From IMG/VR virus record IMGVR_UViG_3300009785_000024: a stretch of DNA of 64,000 nt. One strand, given 5' to 3'. Source of the stretch: an uncultured virus (IMG/VR IMGVR_UViG_3300009785_000024) (taxonomy: Duplodnaviria > Heunggongvirae > Uroviricota > Caudoviricetes). Position 1 is the first letter of the stretch, and each line of letters opens with the position of its first letter. A program made the translations under genes and the position numbers. Shown here one piece after another: positions 29,368-40,000 of this stretch. Under the pieces are notes generated by a model. It was given only the letters and a program-made list of their open reading frames with translations, was not told the DNA's origin and ran no database searches.

Positions 29368-30179
29368 CTTTTAGGAGCTTCTTCAAATGTTTTTTCAGTC
29401 TCTTTTTTCTTTTGTTCAAGTTGATGTAAGTCTTCTTTTACAAAACTTTGATAATCTTCTGGCACTTCATCTAAATTCATTTCACCTACAAAGACTGAAT
29501 TTGCCATTAATTCTGCTCTTATTTTTTGGTCTTCTGTTTCGTCTCTTTCACCACCAGACATATCATTTAAACCTGACCTGTCTTCACTTATTTCTTTGGC
29601 GGCAACTTTGAATAAAGAAATTCTAGGTAAGACTTCTTCTAAATGTTCGGTGTGTGCTTCTAAATCGCCAGACATACCAATTTTAAAGTCCCAACTTAAT
29701 TTTATAATATTAAGTATTTCGTCTGGTCTACGATTGTAGGCTTCTGTAAATTTTTCTGTAAGTCTATCTTTGAGAATTGAAGTACCTTGATTAGTCATTA
29801 TCTCACTATGAGAGGCGTAAAGGTGTGCGAGTAATAAATCTTTATCTTCTTTAACATCTATAATAGAAGTACACCAATTTTGCGTTGCATACATTACAGA
29901 TGGTTCTATCCAAGTTTTTGATATATCATCAGCGTCATAAGGCCATTCTGCTTTCCACGCTTCTAGTAGATTTTCTTTAATACAAATTTCTTCAATACCG
30001 TCAAGTACACCTGCGTCTTTGCAATGTCCTTCTATTTGACATACATAGACCCATTGATTGTACAAATAAGTACCAACAGATTCTTTGTATTTAAGTTTCT
30101 TGTTTAGATAGTCGTTAACGAACGGTTGTGATTCAAACTTTTTACGAGCCTGTTCAACAAATTCTTCTATTCTCTTCAT
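29364..30179 (-). CDS. Degenerate heme-oxygenase-like protein with acidic C-terminal extension
   Basis: Shares FV, YLYNQ and AH.Y..H blocks with the neighbouring HO but lacks the proximal His and GDLSGG. Confidence 0.6.
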   Translation of the reverse strand: MKRIEEFVEQARKKFESQPFVNDYLNKKLKYKESVGTYLYNQWVYVCQIEGHCKDAGVLDGIEEICIKENLLEAWKAEWPYDADDISKTWIEPSVMYATQNWCTSIIDVKEDKDLLLAHLYASHSEIMTNQGTSILKDRLTEKFTEAYNRRPDEILNIIKLSWDFKIGMSGDLEAHTEHLEEVLPRISLFKVAAKEISEDRSGLNDMSGGERDETEDQKIRAELMANSVFVGEMNLDEVPEDYQSFVKEDLHQLEQKKKETEKTFEEAPKR

Positions 30180-30230
30180 TATTCACCTCAATTGTTTAAT
30201 GTAAAAGACCTTACGGTCTTAATATATAAT

Positions 30231-30238
30231 TATTTATA
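30231..30238 (-). promoter_or_regulatory. T4-type late promoter for the heme/bilin cassette
   Basis: TATAAATA followed by an AAGACC-GTAA-GGTCTT hairpin and a GAGGTG RBS. Confidence 0.75.
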
Positions 30239-32434
30239 CTAGTCTCTAGGACCCAAATGGAAGAAGTGTGAAGTCTGGTTGCCATTAGCACCTTCAGAAT
30301 AGTAATCATAGTTCATAGTTACCGAAGCACCGCCATCATAACCAGTCCAATATATTTGACCTCGTTGATTAATAGCTCTCGGACAATTTGAAGAACCAGT
30401 TCCTGAATAGAATAAGTCTGTCCATCTATGTCCACCAGCAGGTTGAAATACGATTTTCTTTCTTGTTCTAAACATTTCATTGTCTTCCATACCTTGACCG
30501 GTATCGTTTCTACCACCATTTTCCCATTGGTCATCAGAACCACTATCTCCACCAAGACCTTGTTCGTCATTTCCATAAGGAGCACCGCCCCATATCAAAC
30601 CTTCGTCATCAAGTATCATTGGGAAAGAGTACATATAAGTACCATCAGCTCTACTCATACCTACATCACATACATTAACTGCCCATTTAGGACCTTTCAT
30701 ATGTATGAAACTTCCTGGGTGACCACCTGAAACATACCAGTAGGCATTACTTTCAACTGATTGTCCACGACCACCGTATGTACCATAGTTACCATCATGT
30801 ACCCATAGCATACCAGTAGTTTTCTGTCTGATATATAACCATTTGTTCTCATCTCCACCACACCAGAAGAAGTCAATATCTCCATTTAAGTGGTGACCTT
30901 CTCTTCTGAATGAACCAATATGATGTGTTCCTGTATAACCAGGAGAACCAATTGGCCAAGCGCCTGAGGTTGTGTAACCTGTAAACCACATATAGCCTTC
31001 GCCGTCTAATATGTGAGTACAAGAGTGTCCACCGTTTGAGTGAGTTGTCTTGTACATTTTAATTCCACCGTATCTGTTCCAGTTGATACCAACTCTTTGT
31101 GGGTGTGTATAGTAGTAAGAGCCATTTCTGTTTCCTACTCCTAATTCACCGTGTTGGTTATGTCCCCAAGCCCATAGTTGACCTTGTTCGTCTAATGCGT
31201 GAAACCATGCCTCTTCTGAACCTGAAGTCCACATATCAACGATTTGTCTTCCATCAAAGTATGATTGAGGTAATCTAACTGGTCTGGTCACATTGGCACT
31301 ATAGAAAGCAGTATTTGTTGGTCCACCAGATGTGTCTGCTGAATTGTTTATTGTTGGATTACCTAGCCCTAATTGACCGTTGTTATTGTAACCCCAAACC
31401 CATACTGAACCGTCATCACCTAGTGAGAAACAAGATGATGTTCCTGCGTCATGTCCGGCGTCGGACATACCGACTTTAACCATTTTAGTTTGATTGAATG
31501 TTTTGCCTATAGTGTTACCTTGCCAATCTGTTGTATCATTAGCAGTAACCCTTACACTATAATTTCTATCTGTAGTTTCTGAATTTCCTAAACCGTAGTT
31601 TCCATTTTCACCAGCAGCGTAAACTTCACCATTGTTCATTAACCAGAAAGTTCTATTTTGATTTTTTCTAACTTGTATTACTCTTGGTGCTTTTCCATCA
31701 GGTGTAGTCATTCTACCTGTAGCATTAATATTCCAAGATTGGTTGTCTGTAGAAGCCATCCAATCAGTAAATGTAAATCCTGTAGAAAAGTGTTTTCCAG
31801 GTTCGTCATTTCCAGCAACACCGTCACCTAATCCAGATGAAGAAGTTCCTTCAGAAGAACCTACCCACATATCAGAACCATCTGAGCATAGTGTACAACT
31901 TCTATATGTTTGGTCAGCACTATCAGAAGTGTCAACACCCATATTATATTTCCAACCTAACGGAGCTCGGTTGTTAAATGAAACTACTTCGTTTCTTGTA
32001 CTCCACTTGTTTTCGTTAACATAAACAAGTACCCAATATTTTGATGGATTACCATCGTGTTCTTCTACCCAAGTATTACAATATCTTGTTTTTCTTAAAC
32101 AAAGATAAATCTTGTCAGCTACTTTACACATTTCTCCTCTTTCGTATTGTCTCCAATACTGCCAAGTTTCAATGTTGTCGTTACCTGCTAGCAATAATGC
32201 CCAATATCTATTGTTGTCAGGTCTGTATGACCGTCTAACAACCGTAGGGCTGTACTGGCCGTAAGAGTTAGTATTAATCATAGCTTCACTTGAAATTGTA
32301 AAACTATCAGGTGTCTCTTCTGTACATCTGTATGATTTACCTCTCCAGTAAACTATATCATTCTTGTAATACTTCTCTTTATCTTTCCAGTTTCCTTTCC
32401 AGGATACTTTAAAGTTTTGTATATCTAGTGCCAT
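30239..32434 (-). CDS. RCC1-repeat (beta-propeller) virion structural protein
   Basis: Repeats VWVWGYNNNGQLGLG and LWAWGHNQHGELG; N-terminal WKG.W....Y..NDIV module. Confidence 0.8.
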   Translation of the reverse strand: MALDIQNFKVSWKGNWKDKEKYYKNDIVYWRGKSYRCTEETPDSFTISSEAMINTNSYGQYSPTVVRRSYRPDNNRYWALLLAGNDNIETWQYWRQYERGEMCKVADKIYLCLRKTRYCNTWVEEHDGNPSKYWVLVYVNENKWSTRNEVVSFNNRAPLGWKYNMGVDTSDSADQTYRSCTLCSDGSDMWVGSSEGTSSSGLGDGVAGNDEPGKHFSTGFTFTDWMASTDNQSWNINATGRMTTPDGKAPRVIQVRKNQNRTFWLMNNGEVYAAGENGNYGLGNSETTDRNYSVRVTANDTTDWQGNTIGKTFNQTKMVKVGMSDAGHDAGTSSCFSLGDDGSVWVWGYNNNGQLGLGNPTINNSADTSGGPTNTAFYSANVTRPVRLPQSYFDGRQIVDMWTSGSEEAWFHALDEQGQLWAWGHNQHGELGVGNRNGSYYYTHPQRVGINWNRYGGIKMYKTTHSNGGHSCTHILDGEGYMWFTGYTTSGAWPIGSPGYTGTHHIGSFRREGHHLNGDIDFFWCGGDENKWLYIRQKTTGMLWVHDGNYGTYGGRGQSVESNAYWYVSGGHPGSFIHMKGPKWAVNVCDVGMSRADGTYMYSFPMILDDEGLIWGGAPYGNDEQGLGGDSGSDDQWENGGRNDTGQGMEDNEMFRTRKKIVFQPAGGHRWTDLFYSGTGSSNCPRAINQRGQIYWTGYDGGASVTMNYDYYSEGANGNQTSHFFHLGPRD

Positions 32435-32467
32435 ATTGCTATTACCTTCTTTTTAATTAATCTGTCT

Positions 32468-32857
32468 TTAGAATCCTAAGTTTGATAAAAATGAAGCCTT
32501 AGCCGCTTTGTGAGTTGCTATTGCAGTTTTTGTTGCTGAAGTGTCATCAGCTACATCTGCTAATAGGTCAATCATTGATTTACCATTCATAAATTCGTTA
32601 TCTAAGTTAGACAAGCCTTGCTCAACATGAGCTGAAGCAGCTTGAATACTTGCCTTTTCGTCAGCGTCGGTTACAATCGCTACACCGTATACAGAAAGAT
32701 TTTCGCCATCAGTTGTGATAGTAGTATTACCATCATCAATTGAAAAATAAGTTTTTCCACTTAATTCTCCTAAACTGATTGGCGTATCTCCTGTAGGAGC
32801 AGTATAGTTGTCACCTTGACCGATTCCAGCAGTCATTGAATAAATTACTTTTGCCAT
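32468..32857 (-). CDS. Hypothetical protein (possible fibre assembly/chaperone)
   Basis: ORF with GGAG RBS between RCC1-repeat genes. Confidence 0.55.
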   Translation of the reverse strand: MAKVIYSMTAGIGQGDNYTAPTGDTPISLGELSGKTYFSIDDGNTTITTDGENLSVYGVAIVTDADEKASIQAASAHVEQGLSNLDNEFMNGKSMIDLLADVADDTSATKTAIATHKAAKASFLSNLGF

Positions 32858-32902
32858 TTTGTTTTTTCTCCGTTTTCTTTATTTGTTATACTTCTATTTA
32901 TG

Positions 32903-35900
32903 TTATCTACCTATACCAGCATTCCACATTTGTGAACGACCCGTATTTGAGTAAGTTGCACTAGCGTGGTGTCCTAGGTTATTGTTTGAAGAATAGCCCC
33001 AAAGTAAAACTTGGCCATCTTCTGTTCCAACCATTGGTTGAAGTCCGTAGTAGCTTGTTGATTGGTCAATACCTTGAATACACATAGTTCTAATTCTAGT
33101 TCCTGCAGGTACAAAAGCGTGGAAAGGTTTGTATGTTCCATCTTCACCAGTCCAGTTATCTCCGGCAACACTATTTGGCATAGAACCGTATACATCACGG
33201 CCTTGACTAAAGAATTCACCATTATCTGTTAACCAATAACTTCTACCTTGGTCTGAATATGTATTACATATACAAACTTCTTTTAGATTAGTTATCTTAT
33301 CTACTTGTACAGGTGCCTGGTTTGTTCCAGTTCCACCATCACCAGAGTTGTAGTATCCACCACTATGTCCAGCAGTCCAAGTTTCACCATTTTTCAATCT
33401 CATAAATGTTGTATGATATCCATTCCAGAATAATGTCCAGAAGTCTGCAATGTCTCCATTAGGAGCAGCAGTTGATTTAGTTAATGTAGCTTTGTTAGCT
33501 GTTGTATTGTCAACAAAGTTACCATAACCGTTGTAACCTGTTGCCCATATAAATCCGTTTCCGTCTAGTATTGAGAAATTTGAGTTTGATGAGTGAGCAT
33601 TACCTTGCCATACAGCGATACCACCATTGTCTGAAGCAACAAATCCAGTCATTAATACTGGTCTGTATTTGTCAGTTGTTGTTGTATCTCCTAATTGGCC
33701 GATGTTGTTTCTTCCCCAAGCGTAAATGTTGTCTTGTGATGTTCTAGCATAGAATGAAGTACTATCTCCACCGGTTGCTAAAATATCAATAATTTTTTCG
33801 TCATTAAAGAATTCTCTTGGTATTCTCTTCGGACCGTATGCGTTTTGTGTTCTACCGTCTCCGACTTCACCATAACCATTGTAACCCCAAACATATACAT
33901 CTCCATCATCTGTTAATCCGCAAGGAGTATGAATTGAATCTTCGTTATTAGTTTTCATTGCGATTTTGATAAAGTGTACATCTTCTAATCCGTCAGGTGA
34001 CATTGCAGAACCAGGAGCACCGTCATAACCAGTACCTTGTTGACCATGTGAACCGTAACCTCCGTGGAAGATTTGTCCATTGTCAAACAAAATCATTGTT
34101 CCGTCATAAGACATTTCAATTTGAATAGCTCTAGGAGTTCTCATTCTGTCATAACGAGTCCACTTACTACTTCTTCTTTCGTTGTAACCGCCTTCGTTTC
34201 TGTTTTCAGAATTGTAGAAATCTCTCCATCTAAAGGTTACTTCTCTAAAGTATGAAGAAGAACGACCTTGTTCCATATTGTGTGATGAAGTACCGTTTCC
34301 GATAACCCATACAGCACCATTCTTATCAATGTACATATGACATCTGTAGATGTTTGCACCAGTTGAAGAACCGTGTTTGTATGGCCATGCCATTGGTCCT
34401 TTGTTCGGGAACCAAACACCAGCACCTTGTTCTTGGTTGTTCATTCCAGCCCAAGATTCCCAGCAGTTGTGATACGATTGAATATGTGCAGGATAATTCT
34501 TACCTGTCTCATTGTTTTGTTCGTGTTCACTTCTTCCAGTTAATCTTCCAGAAGTAACCGTTGAAGCAGTCATCAATGGAGACCTTGTAGGTTCTTGGAA
34601 TCCGTGTTGAGGTGGTCTTCCTCTATTGTCTCTTAAACATCTGTATAAACCAGTACCGTGTTTATAAAATTTCTCTCCAGTAGAAAGTCTTTTATAAGGT
34701 TTGTATGAAATAATATCATTGTAGTTGTATTGTGTATTAGGACTAAACTCTCCTCTAAATCTCATAGAAGATTGTACTTTATCCCAATGTCTATGACCTC
34801 TCCAAGACTTCTCAATGTCCCAACCGAATGTGTTATACATTCCAGAAGTTTGTCTAGCAGCCGTTGTAGGTTCTAAACAGAATGGATATATTTTTGTACT
34901 TTCAGCGTCTGATTGTGTTGCTTGATAAGGAATAGTTATCTCAACATATCTTCCTGCCATATGTTCAAAAGTATATTTGTTTCCACCTTTAACTTTATTA
35001 TTAGGCATAGTCTTAGGATAGTTTCTATCTTTTACTACATTATCATTGAAAAATGTTTCAATGTAAGTGTTTTCGTCAACTTGTGTGCCGTTTAAGTAAT
35101 ACTTAACAACACCGTTTTTGTTGTAACCTTGCCACTTTTTAATGTTACCAGGAGCGTATGTTTTTCCAAGATTTGTTGAAACATCAAATGTTTCAGCAGC
35201 TTGACCCATACCCGAATGAGCATTACAATATAAGTAAAGTTTTGCTACTCCAGTTCTTAATTTAATTTCTGTGTATGCACCTCTGTTTCCAGGAGTACCT
35301 ACTATTTTAACACCAGCAGTATATTCAGCACCGCCACCGTGTGTTCCGTCAGAAGTAGTTGATAGTTTTAATAAATGCGTAGCATTTGTACTATCAGATT
35401 GGTCAAACTTATAAGTTTTTCCTTCTTCTAACATAATTGAAGTTGCAGTTGGTAAACTACCATCAATGTAGAATTTGTTTCCTGAACCAGGATTAGCAAC
35501 TGAAACTTGCATTGTTCTTTCAACATTTGCTGTTGGGTCTGTAAGTTTCGGCATATACAAGTCTACTAAACCTTCGTTTGAAGCAGCACTTGCACCTAGA
35601 GTAGTAGTTGTTCCTGTACCGGCATTTGTAAGTGCTTGATAAGCACCAGAGATACCACCAACCGTTGAAGAAGAAGCTTCACCAACTAGTTGATAAACAG
35701 GATGACCATTTACTAATAATATTTTTCTTCCGGCACTATCGTTTGCAGTTGTTGTATCGTCTCTTTGTTGAGTGATTACAGCAGAAACATTAGAACCAAC
35801 TTTTAATGCACCTTGAACATACACATATGAGTGTGTACTTCCAGTGATTGAATGATATTCAGTTGAGTCACCTGTGTTAAGATAAATTGTTTTTCTTGCG

Positions 35901-37006
35901 TGTGCAGAAACACCACCTGATGTTTGTCCTGCCCAAGCATTTGATACTTGTAAGTATGTGTTATTACTAGCGTCTGTCAATACAGATACAACCGTATCTT
36001 TTAATTGAGTTCCGTCTGAATGTAAATGTCCTTTTAATGAGGAACTTGCTTCTGTTTCCCAACCAGGTACATCACCTTCGTTGAAAGAAAGTTTATGAGC
36101 AACACCAGCACCACCTCTTCTTGTATCTTCAGCAATCGCAGTCGCTTCATTTTTATACATAGGTGAAAAGAATCCACTATCACCATTTGAAGCAGTACCT
36201 TTAACATAGTAAGGTCCATCAGGATCTTGTCCTAATGACTTACCAGTATCGCCGGCGTTGTGTATTCCGTCAGAAGTGTAAGAGAAACCTAATGGATAAT
36301 ATTTGTTATTAGGTTTGTCTTGTGAAAATCTGTATGTGTGTCCTTCTTTGAAGTTTTCCCAGTTTCTATATCCTTCAAATTGTCTACCTTTAGTATCGTT
36401 ACCAAGTCTGTTATCAATTTTAAAATCTGGAACACCACCTGATACATTAACCTCTACAACAAATGTATTGTGTGCAGGTGTATAATGATATCTAAAGTAA
36501 TTTTGTTCGTAATGATTATATGTATCTAATTGGTCGTAATCGTCTTCTGTTTGTTGAAACATAGCGTCATACTCACCCATTAAGTTTTGTTGATGGCGTA
36601 CAACCGTTCCTAATGATGAATCAATATAATCGTGTCTAATTTCTCTTGCACCGTCTTCGTTAGAGCCGTAAGTAGAGTTTTTTGTGATAGGATTACCGTC
36701 TTGGTCAGTTCTACTTGTTTCGCCTCTTCTTTCGTTTTCAGTCCAGTATTGGTTATGCTTGAAGGTGCTATCTTCACCATTGAAGTTCGGGTCGTTTGAC
36801 CAGAAGTCACCAGTGATATCTTTTGGATTATATCCAAAGATTTTAGTACCAGGAGCATACGCAGAAGAACCATCAGCAAAGTATTCTTGTTTCATAATCC
36901 ACATTGCGTTATTATGATAAACAATATCGTCTCGTCTGTATTGTTGGTCCTTATTGAACTCTCCTTGGAATTGTAATTTAATTCTTCCGAGATTAATTTT
37001 TGCCAT
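32903..37006 (-). CDS. Large RCC1-repeat virion structural protein
   Basis: C-terminal WGYNGYGEVGDG and WGRNNIGQLGD repeats; internal YLYCNAHSGMG module. Confidence 0.8.
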   Translation of the reverse strand: MAKINLGRIKLQFQGEFNKDQQYRRDDIVYHNNAMWIMKQEYFADGSSAYAPGTKIFGYNPKDITGDFWSNDPNFNGEDSTFKHNQYWTENERRGETSRTDQDGNPITKNSTYGSNEDGAREIRHDYIDSSLGTVVRHQQNLMGEYDAMFQQTEDDYDQLDTYNHYEQNYFRYHYTPAHNTFVVEVNVSGGVPDFKIDNRLGNDTKGRQFEGYRNWENFKEGHTYRFSQDKPNNKYYPLGFSYTSDGIHNAGDTGKSLGQDPDGPYYVKGTASNGDSGFFSPMYKNEATAIAEDTRRGGAGVAHKLSFNEGDVPGWETEASSSLKGHLHSDGTQLKDTVVSVLTDASNNTYLQVSNAWAGQTSGGVSAHARKTIYLNTGDSTEYHSITGSTHSYVYVQGALKVGSNVSAVITQQRDDTTTANDSAGRKILLVNGHPVYQLVGEASSSTVGGISGAYQALTNAGTGTTTTLGASAASNEGLVDLYMPKLTDPTANVERTMQVSVANPGSGNKFYIDGSLPTATSIMLEEGKTYKFDQSDSTNATHLLKLSTTSDGTHGGGAEYTAGVKIVGTPGNRGAYTEIKLRTGVAKLYLYCNAHSGMGQAAETFDVSTNLGKTYAPGNIKKWQGYNKNGVVKYYLNGTQVDENTYIETFFNDNVVKDRNYPKTMPNNKVKGGNKYTFEHMAGRYVEITIPYQATQSDAESTKIYPFCLEPTTAARQTSGMYNTFGWDIEKSWRGHRHWDKVQSSMRFRGEFSPNTQYNYNDIISYKPYKRLSTGEKFYKHGTGLYRCLRDNRGRPPQHGFQEPTRSPLMTASTVTSGRLTGRSEHEQNNETGKNYPAHIQSYHNCWESWAGMNNQEQGAGVWFPNKGPMAWPYKHGSSTGANIYRCHMYIDKNGAVWVIGNGTSSHNMEQGRSSSYFREVTFRWRDFYNSENRNEGGYNERRSSKWTRYDRMRTPRAIQIEMSYDGTMILFDNGQIFHGGYGSHGQQGTGYDGAPGSAMSPDGLEDVHFIKIAMKTNNEDSIHTPCGLTDDGDVYVWGYNGYGEVGDGRTQNAYGPKRIPREFFNDEKIIDILATGGDSTSFYARTSQDNIYAWGRNNIGQLGDTTTTDKYRPVLMTGFVASDNGGIAVWQGNAHSSNSNFSILDGNGFIWATGYNGYGNFVDNTTANKATLTKSTAAPNGDIADFWTLFWNGYHTTFMRLKNGETWTAGHSGGYYNSGDGGTGTNQAPVQVDKITNLKEVCICNTYSDQGRSYWLTDNGEFFSQGRDVYGSMPNSVAGDNWTGEDGTYKPFHAFVPAGTRIRTMCIQGIDQSTSYYGLQPMVGTEDGQVLLWGYSSNNNLGHHASATYSNTGRSQMWNAGIGR

Positions 37007-37035
37007 TTTTATTTTCCTATCTTAATTGTTCTTTA

Positions 37036-37043
37036 TATTTATA
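37036..37043 (-). promoter_or_regulatory. T4-type late promoter
   Basis: TATAAATA upstream of 32903..37006. Confidence 0.75.
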
Positions 37044-40000
37044 CTATCCTAAAACAGCGGGTTGTGGCATAGAGCTATAATTACCGTCATTTTGACCTTG
37101 TATATGGTCTCCACCGTAACCCCAAATTAGGTATCTGTTATCAAAAGTTCTAATTTCTCTAAAGTGATATCTATTACCGTCTGTAGAGTAGTAACCTCGT
37201 CCTCTTACATCTTCAACTCTTCCGTGAGCGTAATTAGGCATTCTTTGCATTTGGAAATAATAATCATCTGTTTCTTCAATACCATTAGTTGATTGTCTGC
37301 TGGTATAATCACTACTATATCCTTGAGCACCGATTCCGTAATTATTTCTTCCTACATTAAACATAAATCCGTCATATGTTAATACCCATACATTACACAT
37401 CCATTGGTTACCATATTCACTATTACAACCGATGTCTTTAATGTTATGTAAGTCAGAAGTTGTAGTTCCATTAATCTGCCATTTTGGTGAAATAGCAGCA
37501 GTTTGGTTTGTTGAGTTACCAATACCTAGTTCATAGTTACCATTGTAACCACAGCACTTAATAGAGTCTGTACTATCTTTAGTCCAGAAACTTGCGTATC
37601 TTCCGTTACCTGTAAACCACATATTTTGACAATCAGAATATGTTCCACTTCCTGGACCATTAGACATAATTGTAAATGTACTTACATCTGTAGTATTGCC
37701 CATCATAGCCCAACCGTATTCATTCCTTCCACACCAATATATCTTACCTTTTTCAGTAAGAATGGCACATCTTTGATATGATTGTTGCGAGTCTACTAAT
37801 AATTTTTTAATCTTACCAGGATTAGCAGCACCGTTATCCCAAACGATAGTTGGAATTTGAGTTGGTACTGATAAGTTAGTGGTGTTACCTTGTCCTAAAA
37901 CACCGTAACCATTATAACCCCAAGTATATAATTTACCGGTTACATCTAAAGCAAAACAGAAAGCGTATCCTGCACCAGCAGTCCAGAAAGCGTCAATCTT
38001 ATTACCATTGAAGTAAGTAGTCTTATTAATTTTTGTAGGTCTATTTAAATTAGTTGTATTGTTTTGTCCTAATTGACCGTATCCATTGTAACCCCAAGCC
38101 CATAGTTCACCGTTAGTATCTAACGCATAAACAGAGTGTGTATTTGTGTTATTGTCTCCGCCCCAATTAGTAATGTAAATTCTTTTAATTCTTGTATCTT
38201 TCAATGTATGCGTTGAAGTGTTAGAAGCTTGATAAATTTCTTGGTATGTTCCACCAGGTCTTGTCGGATATCCTCTGTTTGAAGTAGAAGCGTCACCATT
38301 TTGTCCGTGACCTCCGTAACCCCAATGGTATATTTCACCATTATTAAATAGTGCCATACCAACTTCATATCCAGATAATAGTTGAATTGCTTTTGGTGGT
38401 TCTCCATCAGGAGTAGTATGAATACCACTACCACCGTTATCTGTACTTCTGTACCAGTCAAGGAATGGAAATACCATACCAACACCAGTCATAACAGAAC
38501 CAGTTTCTAATCCGTTTTGACCGTTAGAGTTTGAACCCCAACTTGTAATTGAACCTCTACCGTTAATGAAACAAGGCCAGTTATAACAATTCGCTTGTTG
38601 AAATTGTCCAGGCAATCTGTATAACGGATGGTCATCACCGATAGGTCCGTTTTCATTACATAATGCCATTGCTTCTAATCTGTTTCCACTAAAGAAGTTT
38701 TGATAACCTCTTGCTTTTTTCTGTGTAGTTACCACAGAGAATTGTACAGCTGCACTAGAATATAATACTTGTGCGTCAACAGCTAATACATCAGCAGCAG
38801 CGTTGTTTTCTCCACCAAGTAATTCAGGTTCGTTATTATTTTCCCATTGTGCGTTTTGCATTCCTCTTTTTTGGTCTCTAGCGATTTCTATTTGAAGAGC
38901 TCCCCAAGTACCAATTGCTGTCACATCAAAAGTAAAGTCAGGTGCACCACCAGCTCCTATAAGTGCGTCAGCCAAAGTAATTGTTTCGTTAACAGCATAT
39001 CCTAAACCTCCCATTTGACCACCAAGTGATTTCTTGGTAACAGCGACTGAAATTACAGCACCGTTGTTGTCTACTTCTACATCAAATGTTGCGTTTGAAC
39101 CAGCACCTGAAGTTGAAGTTGGAGTTAAGTTTCTGTAAATACCAGGTTTTCTTTTGTAATGTGCAGTAGAGAAGTTGCCAACCGTTTTAGCAGATTGGTA
39201 ACCTTCGACCGTTATGTTAACCTGTGGTGTATTATAACCGTTCGTTCTTCCTGCACCACTATTTTCAGCAGCGGCAGTAATATTTGTAGTATTTACGAAA
39301 GGATAAAATCCTGCTTGTCTAGCAGGAGAAGCAGAAGTAGATGAAGTGTCTATTGTTGCAACAGCACCACTATCTGTAATTGTTTCGTCATCAAATTGAT
39401 GTTCTTCTGAAATTCTTTCCCAATACTTATTTGCGTCTGTATCAGTATCTTGGTCCCAAGGTAAAGTACCTGCAACACCAGATGTGTGTTCTCTCAAACA
39501 GACATAAGTTGCTCTAATATTTTGTATTTGGTCTCCAGAATATTGATTGTTTGTAGAAAAGTCATTATCTACAGGAACATTAATATGTACTAAGTCATTT
39601 GGATTGTAAACTATAGAAGCTTCACTATGGTCACCTCTCCATTTAAATGATTGTCTGATTTCTTTCCATACTTGGTTTTCGGCAACGACCATTTTAGGTC
39701 CCCAAGTAGCAGAAGGATTATCAAAGTTGAAGATATAGATTTCTTTTGGAGTTTCAGCAGTAATCTCTATTCTAATTTCTCTTTTAGTAGCATTGTTAAA
39801 TGTACCAGAGTTAAAGTAGTTACCACTTGCAGTTCCACCACCAACAGACTTACCGTCTAGCATATAGGTTACATCTGTGTGGAATAAATTTGTTTCTTTT
39901 GATGTAGCAGAGTTAGAAAATGCAATCTTATTATCATCAAAGTCATTACCGTCTTGGTATAATACTAATGTATCACCAATTTTGTATTGTACTTCTGTTT

